A stretch of DNA of 19,341 nt from Oligoflexales bacterium (GTDB lineage: Bacteria > Bdellovibrionota_B > Oligoflexia > Oligoflexales > Bog-1112): assembly GCA_045105515.1 (NCBI GenBank), contig JBGCDR010000145.1:1-19341 (forward strand). The letters are read 5' to 3'. A program made the position numbers and the translations under genes. Of the stretch, positions 1 through 7,953 are shown one piece after another; the stretch's first letter is position 1, and each line of letters opens with the position of its first letter. Under the pieces are notes generated by a model, which had not been told where the DNA came from, searched no databases, and was given only the letters and a program-made list of their open reading frames with translations.

Positions 1-2
1 AC

Positions 3-95
3 GCAGCTTCTTCAAAGTTAAGAGTCAGAATTGATAAGCTTCGTGATGAAATAGGTTACGCAGCAGCAGGTCTTTGGAACTATAAAATAACATAA
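3..95 (+). CDS. 3' end of a gene entering from the left edge, product unknown
   Basis: Open frame from the window edge (AASSKLRVRIDKLRDEIGYAAAGLWNYKIT) ending at TAA 93-95, convergent with galM. Too short to identify. Confidence 0.45.
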   Translation, partial: AASSKLRVRIDKLRDEIGYAAAGLWNYKIT

Positions 96-124
96 ATTAA
101 GCTACCAAAGGGTTTTATCAATTG

Positions 125-1192
125 TTAGACAACTCTATTAGTGGATATACCAAATTTGATGAAATGCTTATAAGGCTTTTCGGGTCTTAAGATACAACTT
201 GGAAACTTACTTTGATTAACAGCATTGGGATATAGTTGGCATTCTAGCGCGATTCCCCCAAAAGGATTATAAATAAAATTATTTTTACCTTTTTGTTTAA
301 ATAGATGGTTGCCACTATAAACTTGAATACAGGGAAGACTTGTATTGATCTTTAAACTGCGACCACTCGTTGATTCAGACAAAGAGACATGCTCACTCGA
401 TTTAGGGTCCAAAATAAATGTATGATCGATTCCTTTATATTGTGGATAGCGTGCAACGATTTTTTCAAAATCACTGCCAATTTTCTTTCTTACAGAGAAA
501 TTAAGTGGGTCTTCTTTGGTGGGGAATGTAATTTTACCAGTGGGAATAAGCTCATCATTACATTCTAAGTATCCACAATTTTTTATTTCCAATTTATGGT
601 CAAAGATATTCCCATTTCCAGCACCTTTTAAGTTCCAGTAAGAATGATTGGTTAAATTTAACGGAGTTTCTTGATCGCTTGTAGCATCGAAATCGATAAT
701 TAGTTCATTGTCACTGTTTAGGCTATAGGTAATTTGTATGGATAAATTTCCAGGATATCCTTCCTCCCCATCAGGGCTAGAATATATAAATTTTATCCGA
801 GATATATCTCTTTCTGAGGCATTATGAGCATCCCAAATAACTCGGTCTAGGGGTCTGCTGCTACCACCATGGAGGTGATGCTGCTTCCAGTTTTTTGCTA
901 ATTTATAGTGCTTATCATTCAAATTGAAGCAAGCTTTTTCGATACGACCAGCAACTCTACCAATGGTTCCTCCGAAGTTTTGGTTTGCCTTAGATTCGTA
1001 CCCTAAGATCGAGTCAAAACCTAAGACTAGATCATCGCAATTGCCGTTTTTATTGAGGCAGAGGAATTTTTGTATGCTAGCCCCATAATTCAAGCAATGA
1101 ATCGTGGTACCTTGATTATTTTTTAGCTTGAAAGAATAGATTTTTTCTCCGAATGAATTTGTTCCAAATTCAGATCGATTTATATAGGTCAT
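125..1192 (-). CDS. galM: Aldose 1-epimerase (galactose mutarotase)
   Basis: GalM motifs GRVAGRI, HLHGG, DGEEGYPGNL, NLTNHSYWNL, IDHTF and GIALECQ; 355 aa. Confidence 0.95.
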   Translation of the reverse strand: MTYINRSEFGTNSFGEKIYSFKLKNNQGTTIHCLNYGASIQKFLCLNKNGNCDDLVLGFDSILGYESKANQNFGGTIGRVAGRIEKACFNLNDKHYKLAKNWKQHHLHGGSSRPLDRVIWDAHNASERDISRIKFIYSSPDGEEGYPGNLSIQITYSLNSDNELIIDFDATSDQETPLNLTNHSYWNLKGAGNGNIFDHKLEIKNCGYLECNDELIPTGKITFPTKEDPLNFSVRKKIGSDFEKIVARYPQYKGIDHTFILDPKSSEHVSLSESTSGRSLKINTSLPCIQVYSGNHLFKQKGKNNFIYNPFGGIALECQLYPNAVNQSKFPSCILRPEKPYKHFIKFGISTNRVV

Positions 1193-1289
1193 TTCTTATA
1201 CCTTACAATACACTGTTACAATCAGAACTAGCATTAATTCTGAACTATAGTCTTTGTTTTTATCTGGGAATAATTAAATCTGCAATGAT

Positions 1290-1661
1290 TTAGCTGTCTA
1301 TTAGCTTATCGACAATAGTTGCGATTTGGTCTGGGGATGCTGGTTTGAGGCACCAGGCAGTAGCACCATAACTTTTTCCAACTGCAATCTTATGTTGATT
1401 ATTTTCGGTTGTTAAAACGACAATTGGGAGGGAACTATAAGTATCAGGATTTTCATTTATTTCTTTTATCATGGCAAGGCCATCAAGTTCAGGCATATGT
1501 ACATCTACAAATGCAAGAGCACAATCAGGGTTTTCTTTCAGTTGAGATAGGCCCTCAATGCCATCCTTCGCCATAACCACTTCATGGCCCAATTTTTTTA
1601 GTATGGAGCTAAGATTGGTTCTGATGGTAAGAGAATCATCTACCACAAGTATTTTAGCCAT
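1290..1661 (-). CDS. Single-domain response regulator (CheY-like receiver)
   Basis: ILVVDDS, phosphoacceptor in FVDVHMPELDG, VLTT and LKP motifs; 123 aa with no output domain; GAGGGA RBS upstream on the minus strand. Confidence 0.92.
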   Translation of the reverse strand: MAKILVVDDSLTIRTNLSSILKKLGHEVVMAKDGIEGLSQLKENPDCALAFVDVHMPELDGLAMIKEINENPDTYSSLPIVVLTTENNQHKIAVGKSYGATAWCLKPASPDQIATIVDKLIDS

Positions 1662-1857
1662 TTAAGTCCCTCAGTTTGGGCAATGCATTGTAAGCATCAG
1701 TTTATTATTAGATTGTAGCACATAACTTAATAATTAGCAGGGGATGTAGTTATAGGGTTGACCTTATATCGAGCTCTAAATAACAATCAATGTACAATAA
1801 CTTGAATTTATAAGCATTATGTTTTTATTAAAAATTTAGGTATTTACATTGTTTTTA

Positions 1858-1884
1858 TGAAGTTATTGTGTCTGATTCCGATAA
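1858..1884 (+). promoter_or_regulatory. Putative sigma28 (FliA)-type promoter
   Basis: TGAA (1858-1861)-N15-TCCGATAA (1877-1884), versus the consensus TAAA-N15-GCCGATAA; lies ~115 nt upstream of ATG 1999. Confidence 0.55.
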
Positions 1885-1998
1885 GTTGACCCAGCAAAGA
1901 AGATTGAGATTATCGATGAATTGATAGACTTGTTTATAGTAGAAAACATAGCTAAATAGTTATTTTATATCAATAAATACAGATTGGAAGCAAACATT

Positions 1999-3639
1999 AT
2001 GGCCAAAACATCAACCTTTCAGATTTCTTATAGATCCGGAATTTTGGTCTTTCATGTTTTAGTACTTTCGTTTTTATTTATTCAGTGCAATCCGAGTAGC
2101 AGTCAAGGTACTGGACGTGCTGGAAGTACAGCTCCGATAGGTGAAGAAGAAAATCCACTAGCTAAAAACGGTGAGGAAACTAATAAAGAAAATTCATCGG
2201 GACTCTACCAGGACATGCCTCTTGGGGAATTGATGCTCTTGGAGCAAGAACGAAAAAACCAAGATCTTGCAGAGGAAGATGAGTTATTTTTACTTGATGC
2301 TATCAATTCGGAGTTTTGCCGAAAGCTCGAAGAAAAACAAAAGAATTGTCCGGCCATCAAGAGATTAATTTTTGATCCCACCGAGTCCAAGTTAAGGTGT
2401 GACGGCCAAAAAACTACCTCCGACATTGCTCCTAAAATTGAAGTGACTATTCCAAATACTAAATCAGGATCGTTTGTTCTACTTGCTAATGACATTTATA
2501 AGAGTAGCCCCTTTGGTCCAGGTAGTACTGAAATTACCTTTAGCTCTGAATCGGGTGGGGAGTTTCAAGCACCTCCATTTATCAAGGTTTATAAATTAGT
2601 TTTAAGAAGCTATGATTCTGCAGGACAGCTTAAGAAACTTCCAAGTATTGAATCATTCAATGTGAAAATTACTGTTGATGGTAATGAACTCCTTGATGAC
2701 TATGCAGCACCTTCAGAGGATACAGTCCTTAAAGCAGAAAATAAGGAATATCGTATACCGGTGAATGATATTATTAACTTAAGGAAGTCTTCAAAATGTT
2801 TGGTAGACCAAAACCAGATAAATGCCTTGCGAACGACGATTACAAATGGAATTACAGCCGATCAGGTATTCTCAAGAAAACAAGAATATAAGAAAGCAAG
2901 GGAAAATCTCAACTATGATATTGCTGACCGTTCTGGGAAAAGAGCTAGTCTAATCGAGGATATTTTCAAACATCAAACAAGTATAGAGTTTCGATTCCCA
3001 ATCCTAGAAAAAGAAAGAAATAGGCAGTTTAAGCTTGTAAATGAGTTGAAAACAGATGTTCAAATTGGTTGTCAATATATGCAGCCTATTCAATCATTCG
3101 AAATTGAGTTGGAAGGTAGCATGAATAGCAATGTCAGGATTGGTGTGGAAGATTCACAAAGGCCTGATGATTTACAAGATGGTACTGCTACTGAGCTTCT
3201 ATTAGATTTTGGTGGAGTGAAATTTAGTGTAGATTTTTCAAATCAGAATATTTTTGGTATTCGCTACCCCCTGGAAAAAGATGTTAGTGAAGAAGCAATC
3301 ATAGGTGAGCTTGATCGGATTTATATTCGCAAGAAAGGTGCTAGTTACGCCGATACTGCTAATGAAGTTTCTTGTAGTAATGGTGCAAATGGTATCTGGG
3401 CCCAAGCGGAGCAGGCAATTAAGAAGGCATTTTATGACGAAATATGTTTCGATATTCGTGAAGAAGGGGTGTTTTTTATCAGTGAGATCACTATCTGGGT
3501 AAATGGAGAAACTGCTTTTTCACGCTCTGATTTGGGTATTGCTCTTGATCATAAGACCCGCAAGTGGTCTGGAGATTTGCAGTCTAATGAAAAATGGATC
3601 CAGTTAATGCTCAATGAAAAATGCGATGCTATCAACTAA
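1999..3639 (+). CDS. Hypothetical exported protein/probable lipoprotein with two beta-rich domains and a central coiled coil
   Basis: Long ORF (TTG 1984 is an alternative start). Hydrophobic N-terminus ends in FLFIQC and is followed by a Ser/Gly/Glu-rich tether. No recognised family. Confidence 0.8.
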   Translation: MAKTSTFQISYRSGILVFHVLVLSFLFIQCNPSSSQGTGRAGSTAPIGEEENPLAKNGEETNKENSSGLYQDMPLGELMLLEQERKNQDLAEEDELFLLDAINSEFCRKLEEKQKNCPAIKRLIFDPTESKLRCDGQKTTSDIAPKIEVTIPNTKSGSFVLLANDIYKSSPFGPGSTEITFSSESGGEFQAPPFIKVYKLVLRSYDSAGQLKKLPSIESFNVKITVDGNELLDDYAAPSEDTVLKAENKEYRIPVNDIINLRKSSKCLVDQNQINALRTTITNGITADQVFSRKQEYKKARENLNYDIADRSGKRASLIEDIFKHQTSIEFRFPILEKERNRQFKLVNELKTDVQIGCQYMQPIQSFEIELEGSMNSNVRIGVEDSQRPDDLQDGTATELLLDFGGVKFSVDFSNQNIFGIRYPLEKDVSEEAIIGELDRIYIRKKGASYADTANEVSCSNGANGIWAQAEQAIKKAFYDEICFDIREEGVFFISEITIWVNGETAFSRSDLGIALDHKTRKWSGDLQSNEKWIQLMLNEKCDAIN

Positions 3640-3654
3640 CGCGAGGAATCTACC

Positions 3655-4851
3655 ATGAGGAAGAGTTGTCTATTGTTTAAAATTAGGTTCACAAGCATAT
3701 TAGCATGCATTTTATGTTTGCTTCAAACTAGTTGTGACCAAGGAAATCAGAGTCAACCTGAGCGAGTTCGCTTGGACAATGGCACCCCAACTGAGGGCCC
3801 TGGTCTTGATAAGGATCGAAATAGCGAAACTGAATCAAATCAAGTAGAAGAAAAAGTTGTAAAGTTTGATGCCTCTGAGCTATTTGTAACTGGCTTAAGG
3901 GTTGTTAAAAAACGTGAGCAATTGTCCTTAGCCCACAATCTAAGTTTCGAAGCAGATGGACGGGCGGAATATGTTGATTACAGAATATGCCCACTTGAAG
4001 ATGTCGGAAAAGAGTGTACAGAAGGGTTTGAGTGTGCAAGAGGAGGTAATTGCGTACAAGGAATCACTCCCCATAATCGCCTTAAGTTGCCCTTACTTTA
4101 TGCAGGGAAAGTACTATTCAAGGCAAGAGCATGTGCCGATCGAAAAAATACTCTTACCGATGACATTTGTGGTGGTTGGCAGGAAAAAGAATATGATTCT
4201 CAGGTATATAATATAAGGATAGCTACTTTAACGGGCCGTGCCATAGATCTTAAGAAGGACTTAGGAATACTCAACAAGGACTATAAAGATGCTTTAGAAA
4301 CTTTTGTTCAAGATGCTAGAGAGTGTGATGCTATTAATGCTGAAGTACAAAAAGTTTTGGATTCTAAAGTAAGGATCGTTGAAGATTTTGTAAGAGCTCC
4401 TATTGAACACTTCGTCATGGCGGGTGAGTTTGCCGCAGATCAAGTATTATGGGGTCAAACAGATCAAGTTGTAGGAGGATTAGAAAAGGCCGGCTCAACG
4501 ATTAGCGAAGGCTTAGAACGAGAATGTCTAAGGATAGGGGAGGCAACCGCTGATTGGGTATGTAGTGTCTTAAAAATCCCTGGGCAATTCGCAAAGGGTA
4601 TGCTGGCTGCTATGAGTCCTGTGACAGCTATTGGAACCGTGAGCAATAGCGTCCATGATATTTACTATGGGACCTTCCTAGGCCAAGGAGATAAGCTGGT
4701 GCCCAAAGCTTGTCTTGCTGAGCAAAAACTTCAGCGAAGTGCCGATATAATCGAGCTTCAAATGGAGAAAAAGCTTGATGAGCTTCGAGGTATTAAGGTA
4801 CAGCTCGAAAATGCTGGTGAGTCTACCGTCATACCAAATGAAGAAGAGTAG
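3655..4851 (+). CDS. Hypothetical lipoprotein, Cys-rich domain plus coiled coils
   Basis: GAGGA RBS, 15 nt after the upstream stop; basic N-terminus, h-region and LLQTSC lipobox-like motif; 10 further Cys after the lipobox Cys. Confidence 0.8.
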   Translation: MRKSCLLFKIRFTSILACILCLLQTSCDQGNQSQPERVRLDNGTPTEGPGLDKDRNSETESNQVEEKVVKFDASELFVTGLRVVKKREQLSLAHNLSFEADGRAEYVDYRICPLEDVGKECTEGFECARGGNCVQGITPHNRLKLPLLYAGKVLFKARACADRKNTLTDDICGGWQEKEYDSQVYNIRIATLTGRAIDLKKDLGILNKDYKDALETFVQDARECDAINAEVQKVLDSKVRIVEDFVRAPIEHFVMAGEFAADQVLWGQTDQVVGGLEKAGSTISEGLERECLRIGEATADWVCSVLKIPGQFAKGMLAAMSPVTAIGTVSNSVHDIYYGTFLGQGDKLVPKACLAEQKLQRSADIIELQMEKKLDELRGIKVQLENAGESTVIPNEEE

Positions 4852-4862
4852 AAACAGAAAAC

Positions 4863-5762
4863 CTAGGCTTCTCTGCTAGTGGGCCTGAATGTATCTAGAA
4901 GCAATTTTGCAATGGGGTTATGGACAAGTCTATGGGTGGTAATGATCCATAGGTTTTCGTGGCAGACTGGTGTTTCACTCAAGCAAATGAGCTTTCCAGC
5001 AGCTAGTTCTTCCTTAACCGCTCTATGTGGCATTGCTGCGAATCCATGTCCATCAAGAACTAACATTTTTTGAAGTTCAAGATCATCAACCTCAGCAATA
5101 GGAATTGGCTGAATGTGCTTTATTTTAAATTGTTCCAAAATTTCAGCTCGTAAGGGGCTATGAAAGCCTGGCATGATGATAGGCTCGTTATTGAGACATC
5201 GGGGCATATCGCTTTTAAGTTTGATTTTTTCTGGGTGGCCAACAAAAATTACTTTCATTTCACCAATTAGTTTTGCGTGAAATTGTGATTGGTGACTTTC
5301 TGAGATCGGTTTATCATTTGCTAGAATCAAATCGATTTCATGAGCAGAAAGTTTGCTGCACAGAGAAGGTAGAGATTCTTCAAAAATAGTGATCTTTGCT
5401 TTATGCTGCTTCGATACGATATTAACCATTTCGCGGCAAAGGATTTTGGGGATAGAGTCCATAACCCCAAGCCTCAAGGACACACACAGAGAGTCTTGTA
5501 AGTTGCTAAGTGAGTCCCTAAGCTCCTCTCCAAGTGAGAATATTTCATGCGCATAATCGTAAACACGCTTTCCTACATCGGTTAGCAGCATCTTGCGGTT
5601 TTTTCGTTCAAACAGGCGGTAACCTATCACATCTTCAAATTGTTTTAGTTGAGCGCTGAGGGTCGATTGGGCTAATTTCAACTTATAACTAGCCTCCGTA
5701 ACTCCATTTTCTCTGGCAATAACATAAAAATAGTATAAATGATGGTAGTTTAGCCACTGCAC
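4863..5762 (-). CDS. nhaR: LysR-family transcriptional regulator, NhaR type
   Basis: N-terminus WLNYHHLYYF...QSTLSAQLKQFE...VYDYAHEIFSLGEEL is characteristic of NhaR-like LTTRs; GTG start with GAGAGGAAAGG upstream. Confidence 0.85.
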   Translation of the reverse strand: MQWLNYHHLYYFYVIARENGVTEASYKLKLAQSTLSAQLKQFEDVIGYRLFERKNRKMLLTDVGKRVYDYAHEIFSLGEELRDSLSNLQDSLCVSLRLGVMDSIPKILCREMVNIVSKQHKAKITIFEESLPSLCSKLSAHEIDLILANDKPISESHQSQFHAKLIGEMKVIFVGHPEKIKLKSDMPRCLNNEPIIMPGFHSPLRAEILEQFKIKHIQPIPIAEVDDLELQKMLVLDGHGFAAMPHRAVKEELAAGKLICLSETPVCHENLWIITTHRLVHNPIAKLLLDTFRPTSREA

Positions 5763-5806
5763 TTTGTGCCTTTCCTCTCAAAAGGATTGGTATGATAGAG
5801 GCTAAT

Positions 5807-5823
5807 AATAATTCGCGATTATT
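5807..5823. promoter_or_regulatory. Palindromic candidate LysR operator (T-N11-A)
   Basis: AATAAT-TCGCG-ATTATT; T5809-N11-A5821; ~45 nt upstream of the LysR start, in the divergent intergenic region. Confidence 0.4.
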
Positions 5824-6006
5824 TTCAAGCTATTTCGACCTGGTCTGCGAATAAATTGTTTACCGCCTATTCGTACAGGCGTATGTTTTGCCTTTGGCAA
5901 AATGGGCATTGTTTCTTATCCCTAGAGTCAAAATTTGGTAGCAGAAGCTCGCGATACAAGAGACAATGGGAGCTAGGTGTTAGCCAATCGTAAAGAGGAT
6001 AGATTG

Positions 6007-7146
6007 ATGACAAGTAATGAAGAACGGGCGAAAGTCGTGATTATATATGGAGGTCAATCAGTCGAGCATGAAGTTTCTTGCCGTAGTGCTTCCTTCATAT
6101 TTGAGCATATTGATAGACAGCGCTTTGAGCCTATTGGAGTTGGCGTTGATCACCAAGGCAACTGGTGGCCTCAGGCTTTCCCTGAGACATTTGTGCCACC
6201 AAGACAGTTAGGTATTACCAAGAATACACGCAAGGGCTTAGCCCAAGGAGTGCAATCATTGGGACCTAAGCAGATGCTATGGTATCTATGTGGAATAGAT
6301 CTTGATATTGAATCCTCTGATCTCGTGTTTTTTCCCATCATACATGGAACTAATGGAGAAGATGGGAGACTACAAGGTCTCTTTGATCTTGCTGATGTGG
6401 CATATGTGGGGGCCGACACCCTCAGTTCAGCAGTTTCCATGGATAAGGCTGTATCCAAGCAGTTGGTTGCCAAGCATGACATTCTTGTAACTCCCTCACA
6501 TTCTTTTTCTTCCCATGACTGGGAATGGAATAGCGATAAAATAATAGGGAATGCCATAGAAGAGTTTGCTTGGCCGTTGTTTGTCAAACCTGCCAGTCTA
6601 GGGAGCTCTGTTGGAATTTCTAAAGTTAATAGCCGAATGGAACTACAAAAAGCTTGTGAAAATGCCCTCAATTTTGATGATAAAGTTCTTATTGAGAAAG
6701 CAATGGAGGGGATTAGAGAGATAGAGTGTGCGGTGCTAGGCAGCTTCCAGATGGAATGTGCAAGCCCGGGAGAAGTTATTCCCCAAGGTGGATTTTATTC
6801 TTACGATGCAAAATATGTTGATGACAAGGCAGCGATCGTTCAAGTCCCAGCAGATTTATCTGAAAAAGAAGCCTATACTGCAAAGGATTTGGCCATCAAG
6901 GTGGCATCTGCCTTAGGGATTTATGGAATGGCAAGAATAGATTTTTTCTTGGAGTCAAAAACGGGAAAATACTTTTTTAATGAGGCTAATACAATCCCAG
7001 GTTTTACTGAAATTTCCCAATATCCAAGGTTGTGGCAAAATGAAGGTATTGAAGGTGGTGAGCTAGTTCAAAAATTAATTGGTTTAGCGCAAGAGCGTAC
7101 CTCCAGGAAGAATAGAATACAGAGGGCATACCAAGGTCAGACTTGA
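6007..7146 (+). CDS. ddl: D-alanine--D-alanine ligase (DdlA-like)
   Basis: GGQSVEHEVS, HGTNGEDG, MDK, FVKPASLGSSVG, REIECAVLG, FYSYDAKY, ARIDFF and NEANTIPGFT motifs; ATG 6007 follows an AGAGGA RBS. Confidence 0.96.
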   Translation: MTSNEERAKVVIIYGGQSVEHEVSCRSASFIFEHIDRQRFEPIGVGVDHQGNWWPQAFPETFVPPRQLGITKNTRKGLAQGVQSLGPKQMLWYLCGIDLDIESSDLVFFPIIHGTNGEDGRLQGLFDLADVAYVGADTLSSAVSMDKAVSKQLVAKHDILVTPSHSFSSHDWEWNSDKIIGNAIEEFAWPLFVKPASLGSSVGISKVNSRMELQKACENALNFDDKVLIEKAMEGIREIECAVLGSFQMECASPGEVIPQGGFYSYDAKYVDDKAAIVQVPADLSEKEAYTAKDLAIKVASALGIYGMARIDFFLESKTGKYFFNEANTIPGFTEISQYPRLWQNEGIEGGELVQKLIGLAQERTSRKNRIQRAYQGQT

Positions 7147-7191
7147 AATCTGGATAATACCAAGAATATGTTGCAAAAATAGGAAACACAG

Positions 7192-7950
7192 ATGGAAAAA
7201 GATGCTATTCAGTTAACACCCATCCAAGAACGTGCTCAAAAGTTAAGTGTTATTGCAATGATTGTGATGGTTATCGGTAGTCTAGGACTAGATCAGGTTA
7301 CAAAATATGTTGCTGAAGGCAACCTGATGGTTTGGGAACACCAAGAAGACCTAAAAGAATACCGTGGACGTCTCTATCCTGTTTGGGAGGCTGGAGAGCT
7401 ATCAGCAGTAGATAGTGTGGATCCTTCATTCTATCTAGCCTTTAATTTTAACTATGTTAGGAACCAAGGCGCGGCATGGGGTGTTTTATCCAATTGGGAT
7501 GACTCCTATCGGATCCCTTTCTTCTATCTTGTTACTTTTGTTGCTGTTTGCATCATTTTTATGTATTTGCGAACCACTCCATTGAGCCATCGCTTAGCAA
7601 GATTTACCTTGGCTCTGATACTATCGGGTGCACTGGGGAATTTTACCGACCGTATTTTCAGAGGCTATGTTGTTGATTTTCTAGATTTTAGATGGGAATT
7701 CCCTCTTCCTTTTCATATAAAGATCAATATTGATTTTTTTCCAGATTTTCTAAGTTTTCTTAATTTAAATATTGACTCGATAGCTTGGAGGTATAACTTC
7801 CCTAATTTTAACTGGGCTGACTCTGCGATTACTGTAGGTGTAATATTGCTCATATACGATATGCTCGTGCTAGAATACCTAAGAAAAAAAGAACTCAGCA
7901 CCGATAACGCCCAAGGTCAGGGGGAATTGGGACGTATTAAAACGGGTTAG
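7192..7950 (+). CDS. lspA: Lipoprotein signal peptidase II (long variant)
   Basis: LDQVTK, NQGAAWG, GALGNFTDR, VVDFL and FNWADSAITVG motifs; four hydrophobic segments. Confidence 0.93.
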   Translation: MEKDAIQLTPIQERAQKLSVIAMIVMVIGSLGLDQVTKYVAEGNLMVWEHQEDLKEYRGRLYPVWEAGELSAVDSVDPSFYLAFNFNYVRNQGAAWGVLSNWDDSYRIPFFYLVTFVAVCIIFMYLRTTPLSHRLARFTLALILSGALGNFTDRIFRGYVVDFLDFRWEFPLPFHIKINIDFFPDFLSFLNLNIDSIAWRYNFPNFNWADSAITVGVILLIYDMLVLEYLRKKELSTDNAQGQGELGRIKTG

Positions 7951-7953
7951 ATA

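Noticed and set aside
1681..1690. Perfect 10-bp palindrome CAATGCATTG upstream of the receiver gene
   Set aside because: Single occurrence with no recognisable regulator; plausible by chance in AT-rich DNA.
3622..4338. Shared pentapeptide CDAIN in both lipoproteins
   Set aside because: Five residues with different codons and no extended alignment; likely chance.
6007..7146. Ddl as a VanA/D-Ala-D-Lac resistance ligase
   Set aside because: The omega loop reads FYSYDAKY with Tyr, typical of D-Ala-D-Ala ligases; no vanH, vanX or vanRS nearby.
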